Under the pieces are notes generated by a model that did not search any database, was not told where the DNA came from, and saw only the letters and a program-made list of their open reading frames with translations. Positions 1 through 13,200 of a stretch of DNA of 43,852 nt are shown here, piece by piece. The position numbers and the translations under genes are program-made. The DNA comes from Nemertoderma westbladi (taxonomy: Eukaryota > Animalia > Xenacoelomorpha): positions 1-43,852 of the forward strand of contig JAUCBJ010003518.1 of assembly GCA_032718475.1 (NCBI GenBank), read 5' to 3'. The number at the start of each line of letters is the position of its first letter. The first letter of the stretch is position 1.

Positions 1-4
1 AATA

Positions 5-522
5 ATATACGTGACCCCGCGCCCGGGTGGAAACATTTACAAGTGACATGGTACTTAGGTAACGTGAAGACACACACAAATATATATATATATATACATA
101 CACACAGTTATATATATTCAACTCATTCATATATTAAGTATATATTACAAACGCGCACTTATCCATCCAATTCGACATACAATTATATACATAATAAATA
201 TATACGTGTCCCCGCGCCCGGGTGGAATCATTATAGCATTAACCAATGATATGGTGGTTAGGTAACTTAAAGACACGGATATACGTACATGCACTGTTTA
301 TATATTCCTACATAGCTAGACTCACTCAGATAATAAATATAGCTATGTATGAATATTACGAAACACGCACGTACACCTCTATTACAACATACGATTTATA
401 TACAGTAATAATAATAATACTAATATAATAAAAAATAATATTATTTTAATATTTCTATATTATTCTTTTTTAATAATATTTAATAATAATAAATATATAC
501 GTGACCCCGCGCCCGGGTGAAA
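5..522. repeat. Degenerate ~195-295 bp dispersed/tandem repeat with conserved GC-rich core ATATACGTG(A/T)CCCCGCGCCCGGGTG
   Basis: Core at 5, 200 and 495; the first two copies also share downstream TTAGGTAAC..AAGACAC. The surroundings are (AT)/(AC)-rich low complexity. Confidence 0.75.
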
Positions 523-802
523 ACATTACCCAAATTCTAAATGTTAGAAATACACTCAACTAGGGGCAATTAAATATACACGCATACACATATATATACA
601 CCAATATAACATTCATACATACACAAATGATATGATATATAAATGAATTACAATCGACACACATATACACATACACACATGTATATATACAATATATATA
701 CACACACATACATATATACCCACACACACATATATATATAAATAATATATTTTGCGTCATGCATACAATTTAGTTAGGCGTACAGTTATACCGTAGTTGC
801 TA

Positions 803-1395
803 TTATTCATATTTTAGTAATTCATGCTTCAGAAGTTTAAGAAACACAGGTTTACTCTTGATTTCCCTATAAGAGATTGCTAGACTGTTCCAAAGTCGAG
901 GTCCTTGAAAAGACAGTGATTGCTCAGCAACCTTCAGACGGACTTTAGGAGGATGAAATAGACCACTGGCTGCAAAGCGTGTGTTGTGGGAGTGGATCTC
1001 AGATGCCTTACGGAATAGCGGTGTCAGAGGAGTGGAAATATTATTATATACGTCAAACATTACTTTACAAACCTCATATTTATATAACTGTTCTAAGGGG
1101 AGGATATTTAGTTGTTGGTAAAGCGGGAGCGATGATGATTGCCAGTGACTGAAGGTAATTGCTCGTAGAACTTTATTTACTTTGACTCGTATGGGTTTCA
1201 ACATCGTGGATGAAGTGCTACCCCAGATAACGATAGCATATTGTATATATGGATGAATAAGTGCAAAGAACAACATACGTAAGATATGAAGTGGAAAGAT
1301 TTTTCGAAGCCTATAAAATATTCCTGCAGATTTGGAAATCTTTTTCAATATGTAAGCTATGTGCTCTTTAAAGTTAAGTTTACTATCAATTAAAA
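803..1395 (-). mobile_element. 5'-truncated non-LTR retrotransposon (L2/CR1-group) ORF2 C-terminal fragment
   Basis: Translation ILIDSKLNFKEHI..KKISKSAGIFYRLR..LIHPYIQYAIVIWG..SLSFQGPRLWNSL is the typical post-RT region of L2/CR1-group LINEs. The first ~19 aa of ORF 803..1453 derive from the adjacent 73-bp repeat. Confidence 0.85.
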
Positions 1396-1882
1396 TATAG
1401 CTGCACGTCTGCGTCCACACCGATATACTGTAACAATAGAAACCCACTAACACAATACTGTGCGTCAGTATAGCTGCACGTCTGCGTCCACACCGATATA
1501 CTGTAACAATAGAAACCCACTAACACAATACTGTGCGTCAGTATAGCTGCACGTCTGCGTCCACACCGATATACTGTAACAATAGAAACCCACTAACACA
1601 ATACTGTGCGTCAGTATAGCTGCACGTCTGCGTCCACACCGATATACTGTAACAATAGAAACCCACTAACACAATACTGTGCGTCAGTATAGCTGCACGT
1701 CTGCGTCCACACCGATATACTGTAACAATAGAAACCCACTAACACAATACTGTGCGTCAGTATAGCTGCACGTCTGCGTCCACACCGATATACTGTAACA
1801 ATAGAAACCCACTAACACAATACTGTGCGTCAGTATAGCTGCACGTCTGCGTCCACACCGATATCTGTAACAATAGAAACCC
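1396..1882. repeat. 73-bp minisatellite, ~6.7 near-identical copies
   Basis: TATAGCTGCACGTCTGCGTCCACACCG... recurs at 1396, 1469, 1542, 1615, 1688, 1761, 1834. Confidence 0.95.
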
Positions 1883-2645
1883 AAACACTAGTGAACACAA
1901 CATAGTGTTTCTCATCAAAAGTGGCCAAAGTTTATGTATCTTTTTTTAAGAAACTTAAAATCACCGGAACCAATGAAATTCGCTGAAGCGAGTGGGCCAG
2001 CTCATGTACAGCCCTAAATGACATGACACTTGTCTGTAATGTCTTGTGATGTAATTCATGTAAAACTGCCAGTCCAGCCTTAACTTAATCGGAGAACCAT
2101 AAATCTTATATATGCAAGATATCTATGGAACTATCAGACCTACCAAAATGAAACTTTGCCAATTTTAATACAATAATAATATGTTATTCGATCTTCAGTA
2201 CAAAAAGCTTATAATTTTAACACTTAATTTGGCGATTATTAAAGCACAACCCCTCTGATGAAAATATCGATCGAAATTCTAAGATTCAGTCACTTATATC
2301 TACAATTTGGTCCATCGGAATTTGTTGAAAATTTCTGGGTATATTCATCATAGTCCGAGGCTACATTTCCTACAGACAGAATTTTGATATCATCTCATTA
2401 CATCGATGAGTGAATGAAAATGTCTTTTTTTTTTACTATAGTGACACGATTCGCGTACGATCGCATACGCCAGTAGTACCCTACACTTTTGAGTTGACAA
2501 CTCCGTAACACTTTAAGATATAGAAAAACTGATATCATATTTGAAATCAGCATTCTGCATTATATCATAGCAAAAAAATTTCCTTTCATTTTTCAACCCG
2601 AAAACTTAAGATTCCCCTTAAATGACTTGTCCCTTGTCTGTAATG

Positions 2646-3541
2646 ACTAGTGCTGTAACTAATGCTGTAACTAATGCTGTAAGTAGTGCTGTAACTAGTG
2701 CTGTAACTAGTGCTGTAACTAGTGCTGTAACTAGTGCTGTAACTAATGCTGTAACTAGTGCTGTAACTAGTTCTGTAACTAATGCTGTGACTAGTTCTGT
2801 AACTAATGCTGTATATAATGCTGTAACTAGTGCTGCAACTAGTGCTGTAACTAGTGCTGTAACTAGTGCTGTAACTAGTGCTGTAACTAGTTCTGTAACT
2901 AATGCTGTGACTAGTGCTATAACTAGTGCTGTAACTAGTGCTGTGACTAGTGCTGTGACTAGTGCTGTAACTAGTGCTGTGACTAGTGCTGTAACTAGTG
3001 CTGTAACTAGTGCTGTGCTGTAACTAGTCCTTTAACTAGTGCTGCAACTAGTGATGTAACTAGTGCTGAAACTAGTGCTGTAACTAGTTCTGTAACTAAT
3101 GCTGTGACTAGTGCTATAACTAGTGCTGCAACTAATGCTGTAACTAATGCTGTAACTAGTGCTGTAACTAGTGCTGTAAGTAGTGCTGTAACTAGTGCTG
3201 TAACTAGTGCTGTAACTAGTTCTGTAACTAGTTCTGTAACTAGTGCTGTAACTAGTGCTGTAACTAGTGCTGTAACTAGTGCTGTAACTAGTGCTGTAAC
3301 TAGTGCTGTAACTGGTGCTGTAACTAGTGCTGTAACTGGTGCTGTAACTAGTTCTGTAACTAATGCTGTAACTAATGCTGTAAGTAGTGCTGTAAGTAGT
3401 GCTATAACTAGTGCTATAACTAGTGCTGTAACTAGTGCTGTGACTAGTGCTGTAACTAGTGCTGTAACTAGTGATGTAACTAGTGCTGCAACTGTGCTGC
3501 AACTAGTGCTGTAACTAGTACTGTAACTAGTGCTGTAACTA
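2646..3541. repeat. 12-bp minisatellite (ACTAGTGCTGTA)n, ~75 copies
   Basis: Directly visible, with variants ACTAATGCTGTA and ACTAGTTCTGTA; source of the spurious TSAV/STSY ORFs. Confidence 0.97.
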
Positions 3542-3882
3542 ATGTAAGACTATTGCACCGCTCGGTGTTGCAATTGATAAAATAAGAACATGCAATAAGA
3601 ACAATAGAACATGCACCGGTGAGTTATACATAAAGATCTATAATGAAGTACCCAGCATGTTTCAGTTAGTATTGTTTGTTTGAGGTGTAGGATTATAAAA
3701 AGCGTTAATAAACCCAAAGTACTCTAGAATACGCTGCCGCTTCTTGGTGAATGGGGTGGTTGTGGTTTTGTAACACGATTTGACAAAGGCTGCATTAGTT
3801 TTGTCTGCGGCAGTTGCTTCACCAATTTTAATGCGCATCTTGAGGGAATCCTTAGAATACACATAGAGTAATGTTGAGCTTT

Positions 3883-4914
3883 ACCGAGGGAGTGGATAAT
3901 GGCAGAGTGCCTTACTATAAGAACCAGAACAACCCCTGGACACTGATCTTGGGTTAACCGAGGGAGTGGATAATGGCAGAGTGCCTTACTATAAGAACCA
4001 GAACAACCCCTGGACACTGATCTTGGGTTAACCGAGGGAGTGGATAATGGCAGAGTGCCTTGCTATAAGAACCAGAACAACCTCTGGACACTGATCTTGG
4101 GTTAACCGAGGGAGTGGATAATGGCAGAGTGCCTTACTCTAAGAACCAGAACAACCCCTGGACACTGATCTTGGGTTAACCGAGGGAGTGGATAATGGCA
4201 GAGTGCCTTACTATAAGAACCAGAACAACCCATGAACACTGATCTTGGGTTAACCGAGGGAGTGGATAATGGCAGAGTGCCTTACTATAAGAACTAGAAC
4301 AACCCCTGAACACTGATCTTGGGTTAACCGAGGGAGTGGATAATGGCAGAGTGCCTTACTATAAGAACCAGAACAACCCCTGGACACTGATCTTGGGTTA
4401 ACCGAGGGAGTGGATAATGGCAGAGTGCCTTACTATAAGAACCAGAACAACCCCTGGACACTGATCTTGGGTTAACCGAGGGAGTGGATAATGGCAGAGT
4501 GCCTTACTATAAGAACTAGAACAACCCCTGAACACTGATCTTGGGTTAACCGAGGGAGTGGATAATGGCAGAGTGCCTTGCTATAAGAACCAGAACAACC
4601 CCTGGACACTGATCTTGGGTTAACCGAGGGAGTGGATAATGGCAGAGTGCCTTACTCTAAGAACCAGAACAACCCCTGAACACTGATCTTGGGTTAACCG
4701 AGGGAGTGGATAATGGCAGAGTGCCTTACTATAAGAACCAGAACAACCCCTGGACACTGATCTTGGGTTAACCGAGGGAGTGGATAATGGCAGAGTGCCT
4801 TACTATAAGAACCAGAACAACCCCTGGACACTGATCTTGGGTTAACCGAGGGAGTGGATAATGGCAGAGTGCCTTACTATAAGAACTGGAACAACCCCTG
4901 GACACTGATCTTGG
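3883..4914. repeat. 74-bp minisatellite, ~14 copies, inside the decayed retroelement
   Basis: ACCGAGGGAGTGGATAATGGCAGAGTGCC... at 3883, 3957, 4031 and onward; few substitutions. Confidence 0.95.
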
Positions 4915-5364
4915 CTTTCGAGAATTGTAATGCGCAACCTGGCGTTGGATAGTCTGGAGGGTTTGGTTGGGGAAGTTAACTACTCTCATGGAGACCCGGA
5001 TTGCCTGGCGATATGCCTCCATTGATTGCAGCCAAACAGCGCATATAGACAAGCATTATTAATGTAAGTTCCGACGAGTAGGAGCCCCCATTGTGCCTTC
5101 ATGTATGATATATCAGTGTGGCTTAGTGCGCCAATGTTCAACTTTAATTGATACATAATGATTGGCATGACAAGAGACAGCCACATTTTGAAAGTAACTT
5201 CCATGTCTAGCCAGCCATCTAGTCGACCATCCCTTTTGCTGAAACATTTGGGACATCATGGCGATGGTTTGCAGGGATTCATTAAGGGAATTTGACATCT
5301 TTCTCTGGAGTTTGTAACCTAGGATCCTCAAGTATTCGCTACCAGGGACTAGTGTGTTGTCTAG

Positions 5365-5763
5365 TGTAAGAAAGGTGGGTGTGTGGGTTCCTTGTTGGTT
5401 TGTACATATCCACTTGGTGTTTGTCTGTTCTATGTTGTAAGAAAGGTGGGTGTGTGGGTTCTTTGTTGGTTTGTACATATCCACTTGGTGTTTGTCTGTT
5501 CTATGTTGAGTTTTAGCTGATCGGCTTCTGTGCTTAGGACTCTAACCATTTCCTCGATATCGCGTGCAGATGTCGATGTTAGGATGAAGTCGTCAGCATA
5601 GGCAATGGCTCCCATCCATGTACGATATCGCGTGCAGATGTCGATGTTAGGATGAAGTCGTCAGCATAGGCAATAGCTCCCATCCATGTACGACCTATTG
5701 TAGTCGATGTTAGGATGAAGTCGTCAGCATAGGCAATGGCTCCCATCCATGTACGACCTATTG
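5365..5763. repeat. 71-bp tandem duplication (5365-5506) and triplication of the YADD-coding segment (5572, 5640, 5703)
   Basis: TGTAAGAAAGGTGGGTGTGTGGG at 5365 and 5436; GTCGATGTTAGGATGAAGTCGTCAGCATAGGC three times with 68- and 63-bp spacing. Confidence 0.92.
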
Positions 5764-6945
5764 TACACCCTAGTTGTGTGTTTATTAGTCTCTCAGTGAT
5801 CCTAGCTGTATACATGTTAAACAGGACAGGTGATAAGAGTAACCCTTGTCAGGCCCTTGGTGGCTGTGATGCTTGTACATTGAATGAGGTCCCCGAACTT
5901 GAGGAAGATTTCACTAGAACCATAATATGAAATGGGTGTTGAAATGATTCATGGATTAACATTAGAGATAATAGTTTGTTGGCTATTGAAAAGGCACAAT
6001 TGATGAGGTGTGCCAGGATACCGCAAACTGGTTCAGGATCGAACTCCAGAAGATGTTCTATGATTAGAGATGATGTTGCCGCTTCACAGCGGGTGGTGAT
6101 ACTGTAGGTTTAATTGATGTAGTACGGACAAGCATCGGTTTTTAGATTATTGAGATCTTTTGGACTAACATTGTTTTCGAATTTTAAATTGTAGTGTTTT
6201 TCCTTAGGTCACTTGCAGTGCTAGAGGTATATCGTTAAAGGGTTTATCATTTAGTGTGGGTCCGATTTGAGTTTAGTGGCCCAGTAGTTGACTTTATTGC
6301 CAATGAGGTTCTTTGATAAAAAATGTCTTAACCCAAATCGTTGACCCAAAAGCTGTAATATTTAGTGCCTTTCATATAATATGATGTACTATACTCATAA
6401 CATTGCCTGTGTAATTGCCGACAAATACAGAAACATTAAATGGAGAAACAATTTATGCTCGACATCAAACCCATGAGGATGAATGTTGTTGTTGCAAAAC
6501 AATGGCAAATGGGACAGAATTCAAAGGAACAAGAAAAAATTTTTCAACACTTAACTTCACATTTAGGAAACAGGTTTCCCTTTAATTGTTAAATAAATTC
6601 TTAAATATTTATCTATAATTGTTTCCTTTGAATAGTTTTCTGCTTCACTCGACCAAACCGATATTTATGGCCAAAAGAATATCAAAATCCGGTTTGGCCA
6701 CGTTTAATGAGAATCACGCGATCACTATAAACCTGAATTACTAAACAAACATAAAAACATTCGAACAAACTTACCTAATACAGTAAACATTTAGTGCACG
6801 GTGCTTCTCTATTAATTATAAATTTATTGGCACAAAAAAATATAATTACATTAAAAATATCATCAGAATAATATACGGAAATTCCCAAGTCAAATTTTAC
6901 ATAAAGTATTTATTTACAATTTAGTATTTATATGTAACATATTGG

Positions 6946-7155
6946 ATCAGTTGGTTCTACAATAAGGTACATCTGAGAACCAATCAAATCAGTTGGTTCT
7001 ACAATAAGGTACATCTGAGAACCAATCAAATCAGTTGGTTCTACAATAAGGTACATCTGAGAACCAATCAAATCAGTTGGTTCTACAATAAGGTACATCT
7101 GAGAACCAATCAAATCAGTTGGTTCTACAATAAGGTACATCTGAGAACCAATCAA
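6946..7155. repeat. 42-bp minisatellite, 5 perfect copies
   Basis: ATCAGTTGGTTCTACAATAAGGTACATCTGAGAACCAATCAA x5. Confidence 0.97.
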
Positions 7156-7201
7156 ATATTGTTGTTAATCATAAAGTTACTGGCCGTTTCAATGATTGGA
7201 A

Positions 7202-10200
7202 AATTAATTACCAACTGGCCTATCGTACCTAGTTAAATAATTACCAACTGGCCTATCGTACAAGTTAATTAATTACCAACTGGCCTATCGTACAAGTTAA
7301 TTAATTACCAACTGGCCTATCGTACAAGTTAATTAATTACCAACTGGCCTATCGTACAAGTTAATTAATTACCAACTGGCCTATCGTACAAGTTAATTAA
7401 TTACCAACTGGCCTATCGTACAAGTTAATTAATTACCAACTGGCCTATCGTACAAGTTAATTAATTACCAATTGGCCTATCGTACCGAGTTAATTAATTA
7501 CCAACGGGCCTATCGTACAAGTTAATTAATTACCAACTGGCCTATCGTACCTAGTTAATTAATTACCAACTGGCCTATCGTACAAGTTAATTAATTACCA
7601 ACTGGCCTATCGTACCTAGTTAAATAATTACCAACTGGCCTATCGTACAAGTTAATTAATTACCAACTGGCCTATCGTACAAGTTAATTAATTACCAACT
7701 GGCCTATCGTACAAGTTAATTAATTACCAACTGGCCTATCGTACCTAGTTAATTAATTACTAACTGGCCTATCGTACCTAGTTAATTAATTACCAACTGG
7801 CCTATCGTACAAGTTAATTAATTACCAACTGGCCTATCGTACAAGTTAATTAATTACCAACTGGCCTATCGTACCTAGTTAATTAATTACCAACTGGCCT
7901 ATCGTACCTAGTTAATTAATTACCAACTGGCCTATCGTACAAGTTAATTAATTACCAACTGGCCTATCGTACAAGTTAATTAATTACCAACTGGCCTATC
8001 GTACCTAGTTAATTAATTACCAACTGGCATATCGTACAAGTTAATTAATTACCAACTGACCTATCGTACAAGTTAATTAATTACCAACTGGCCTATCGTA
8101 CAAGTTAATTAATTACCAACTGGCCTATCGTACAAGTTAATTAATTACCAACTGGCCTATCGTACCTAGTTAATTAATTACCAACTGGCCTATCGTACCT
8201 AGTTAAATAATTACCAACTGGCCTATCGCACAAGTTAATTAATTACCAACTGGCCTATCGTACCTAGTTAATTAATTACCAACTGGCCTATCGTACCTAG
8301 TTAAATAATTACCAACTGGCCTATCGTACAAGTTAATTAATTACCAACTGGCCTATCGTACAAGTTAATTAATTACCAACTGGCCTATCGTACAAGTTAA
8401 TTAATTACCATCTGGCCTATCGTACCTAGTTAATTAATTACCAACTGGCATATCGTACAAGTTAATTAATTACCAACTGACCTATCGTACAAGTTAATTA
8501 ATTACCAACTGGCCTATCGTACAAGTTAATTAATTACCAACTGGCCTATCGTACAAGTTAATTAATTACCATCTGGCCTATCGTACCTAGTTAATTAATT
8601 ACCAACTGGCATATCGTACAAGTTAATTAATTACCAACTGACCTATCGTACAAGTTAAATAATTACCAACTGGCCTATCGCACAAGTTAATTAATTACCA
8701 ACTGGCCTATCGTACAAGTTAATTAATTACCAACTGGCCTATCGTACCTGGTTAAATAATTACCAACTGGCCTATCGTACAAGTTAATTAATTACCAACT
8801 GGCCTATCGTACAAGTTAATTAATTACCAACTGGCCTATCGTAAAAGTTAATTAATTACCATCTGGCCTATCGTACCTAGTTAATTAATTACCAACTGGC
8901 CTATCGTACCTGGTTAATTAATTACCAACTGGCCTATCGTACAAGTTAATTAATTACCAACTGGCCTATCGTACAAGTTAATTAATTACCAACTGGCCTA
9001 TCGTACAAGTTAATTAATTACCAACTGGCCTATCGTACAAGTTAATTAATTACCATCTGGCCTACCGTACCTAGTTAATTAATTACCAACTGGCCTATCG
9101 TACCTAGTTAATTAATTACCAACTGGCCTATCGTACAAGTTAATTAATTACCAACTGGCCTATCGTACAAGTTAATTAATTACCAACTGGCCTATCGTAC
9201 AAGTTAATTAATTACCAACTGGCCTATCGTACAAGTTAATTAATTACCATCTGGCCTATCGTACCTAGTTAATTAATTACCAACTGGCCTATCGCACCTA
9301 GTTAAATAATTACCAACTGGCCTATCGTACCTAGTTAAATAATTACCAACTGGCCTATCGTACAAGTTAATTAATTACCAACTGGCCTATCGTACCTAGT
9401 TAATTAATTACCAACTGGCCTATCGTACAAGTTAATTAATTACCAACTGGCCTATCGTACCTAGTTAATTAATTACCAACTGGCCTATCGTACCTAGTTA
9501 AATAATTACCAACTGGCCTATCGTACAAGTTAATTAATTACCAACTGGCCTATCGTACCTAGTTAATTAATTACCAACTGGCCTATCGTACAAGTTAATT
9601 AATTACCAACTGGCCTATCGTACCTAGTTAATTAATTACCAACTGGCCTATCGTACAAGTTCATTAATTACCAACTGGCCTATCGTACAAGTTAATTAAT
9701 TACCAACTGGCATATCGTACTTAGTTAATTAATTACCAACTGGCCTATCGTACCTAGTTAATTAATTACCAACTGGCCTATCGTACAAGTTAATTAATTA
9801 CCAACTGGCCTATCGTACAAGTTAATTAATTACCAACTGGCCTATCGTACAAGTTAATTAATTACCAACTGGCCTATCGTACCTAGTTAATTAATTACCA
9901 ACTGGCCTATCGTACCTAGTTAATTAATTACCAACTGGCCTATCGTACCTAGTTAATTAATTACCAACTGGCCTATCGTACCTAGTTAATTAATTACCAA
10001 CTGGCCTATCGTACAAGTTAATTAATTACCAACTGACCTATCGTACAAGTTAATTAATTACCAACTGGCCTATCGTACCTAGTTAATTAATTACCAACTG
10101 GCCTATCGTACCTAGTTAATTAATTACCAACTGGCCTATCGTACAAGTTAATTAATTAATTACCAACTGGCCTATCGCACAAGTTAATTAATTACCAACT

Positions 10201-13200
10201 GGCCTATCGTACAAGTTAATTAATTACCAACTGGCCTATCGTACCTAGTTAAATAATTACCAACTGGCCTATCGTACAAGTTAATTAATTACCAACTGGC
10301 CTATCGTACAAGTTAATTAATTACCAACTGGCCTATCGTACAAGTTAATTAATTACCATCTGGCCTATCGTACCTAGTTAATTAATTACCAACTGGCCTA
10401 TCGTACCTGGTTAATTAATTACCAACTGGCCTATCGTACAAGTTAATTAATTACCAACTGGCCTATCGTACAAGTTAATTAATTACCAACTGGCCTATCG
10501 TACAAGTTAATTAATTACCAACTGGCCTATCGTACAAGTTAATTAATTACCATCTGGCCTATCGTACCTAGTTAATTAATTACCAACTGGCCTATCGTAC
10601 CTAGTTAATTAATTACCAACTGGCCTATCGTACAAGTTAATTAATTACCAACTGGCCTATCGTACAAGTTAATTAATTACCAACTGGCCTATCGTACAAG
10701 TTAATTAATTACCAACTGGCCTATCGTACAAGTTAATTAATTACCATCTGGCCTATCGTACCTAGTTAATTAATTACCAACTGGCCTATCGTACCTAGTT
10801 AAATAATTACCAACTGGCCTATCGTACCTAGTTAAATAATTACCAACTGGCCTATCGTACAAGTTAATTAATTACCAACTGGCCTATCGTACCTAGTTAA
10901 TTAATTACCAACTGGCCTATCGTACAAGTTAATTAATTACCAACTGGCCTATCGTACCTAGTTAATTAATTACCAACTGGCCTATCGTACAAGTTCATTA
11001 ATTACCAACTGGCCTATCGTACAAGTTAATTAATTACCAACTGGCATATCGTACCTAGTTAATTAATTACCAACTGGCCTATCGTACCTAGTTAATTAAT
11101 TACCAACTGGCCTATCGTACAAGTTAATTAATTACCAACTGGCCTATCGTACAAGTTAATTAATTACCAACTGGCCTATCGTACCTAGTTAATTAATTAC
11201 CAACTGGCCTATCGTACAAGTTAATTAATTACCAACTGGCCTATCGTACCTAGTTAATTAATTACCAACTGGCCTATCGTACCTAGTTAATTAATTACCA
11301 ACTGGCCTATCGTACAAGTTAATTAATTACCAACTGGCCTATCGTACCTAGTTAATTAATTACCAACTGGCCTATCGTACAAGTTAATTAATTACCAACT
11401 GGCCTATCGTACCTAGTTAATTAATTACCAACTGGCCTATCGTACAAGTTCATTAATTACCAACTGGCCTATCGTACAAGTTAATTAATTACCAACTGGC
11501 ATATCGTACCTAGTTAATTAATTACCAACTGGCCTATCGTACCTAGTTAATTAATTACCAACTGGCCTATCGTACAAGTTAATTAATTACCAACTGGCCT
11601 ATCGTACAAGTTAATTAATTACCAACTGGCCTATCGTACCTAGTTAATTAATTACCAACTGGCCTATCGTACAAGTTAATTAATTACCAACTGGCCTATC
11701 GTACAAGTTAATTAATTACCAACTGGCCTATCGTACCTAGTTAATTAATTACCAACTGGCCTATCGTACCTAGTTAATTAATTACCAACTGGCCTATCGT
11801 ACCTAGTTAATTAATTACCAACTGGCCTATCGTACAAGTTAATTAATTACCAACTGACCTATCGTACAAGTTAATTAATTACCAACTGGCCTATTTTAAC
11901 TGGCCTATCGTACCTAGTTAATTAATTACCAACTGGCCTATCGTACCTAGTTAATTAATTACCAACTGGCCTATCGTACAAGTTAATTAATTAATTACCA
12001 ACTGGCCTATCATACAAGTTAATTAATTACCAACTGGCCTATCGTACAAGTTAATTAATTAATTACCAACTGGCCTCTCTTACAAGTTAATTAATTACCA
12101 ACTGGCCTATCGTACCTAGTTAATTAATTACCAACTGGCCTATCGTACCTAGTTAATTAATTACCAACTTGCCTATCGTACAAGTTAATTAATTACCAAC
12201 TGGCCTATCGTACCTAGTTAATTAATTACCAACTGGCCTATCGTACAAGTTAATTAATTACCAACTGGCCTATCGTACAAGTTAATTAATTACCAACTGG
12301 CCTATCGTACAAGTTAATTAATTAATTACCAACTGGCCTATCATACAAGTTAATTAATTACCAACTGGCCTATCGTACAAGTTAATTAATTAATTACCAA
12401 CTGGCCTATCATACAAGTTAATTAATTACCAACTGGCCTATCGTACAAGTTAATTAATTACCAACTGGCCTATCGTACCTAGTTAATTAATTACCAACTG
12501 GCCTATCGTACAAGTTAATTAATTACCAACTGGCCTATCGTACAAGTTAATTAATTACCAACTGGCCTATCGTACAAGTTAATTAATTACCAACTGGCCT
12601 ATCGTACCTAGTTAATTAATTACCAACTGGCCTATCGTACAAGTTAATTAATTACCAACTGGCCTATCGTACCTAGTTAATTAATTACCAACTGGCCTAT
12701 CGTACCTAGTTAATTAATTACCAACTGGCATATCGTACAAGTTAATTAATTACCAACTGGCCTATCGTACAAGTTAATTAATTACCAACTGGCCTATCGT
12801 ACAAGTTAATTAATTACCAACTGGCCTATCGTACAAGTTAATTAATTACCAACTGGCCTATCGTACAAGTTAATTAATTACCAACTGGCGTATCGTACAA
12901 GTTAATTAATTACCAACTGGCCTATCGTACAAGTTAATTAATTAATTACCAACTGGCCTATCGTACAAGTTAATTAATTACCAACTGGCCTATCGTACCT
13001 AGTTAATTAATTACCAACTGGCCTATCGTACCTAGTTAATTAATTACCAACTGGCCTATCGTACAAGTTAATTAATTACCAACTGGCCTATCGTACCGAG
13101 TTAATTAATTACCAACTGGCCTATCGTACAAGTTAATTAATTACCAACTGGCCTATCGTACAAGTTAATTAATTACCAACTGGCCTATCGTACAAGTTAA

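Larger units (their letters stand above)
3662..5860 (-). mobile_element. Decayed non-LTR retrotransposon RT region, disrupted by frameshifts and internal tandem duplications
   Basis: Minus strand reads QGLLLSPVLFNMYT..GCTIGRTWMGAIAYADDFIL..LKLNIEQTNTKWI..EYLRILG (RT motifs B, C/YADD and downstream motifs), continuing in broken frames to ~3662. Boundaries approximate. Confidence 0.8.
1905..6717. mobile_element. Possible old DNA-transposon shell (25-bp imperfect inverted repeats) containing later insertions
   Basis: 1905-1929 GTGTTTCTCATCAAAAGTGGCCAAA vs reverse complement of 6693-6717 GTGATTCTCATTAAACGTGGCCAAA (22/25). No clear TSD; could be ends of two separate related MITEs. Confidence 0.4.

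Noticed and set aside
43-760. Short ORFs at the window start
   Set aside because: Low-complexity (AT)/(AC) sequence; no coding signal.
2622-3514. Mucin/antifreeze-like TSAV and STSY ORFs
   Set aside because: Translations of a stop-free 12-bp repeat; the frame breaks near 3016-3030 and there is no non-repetitive coding context.
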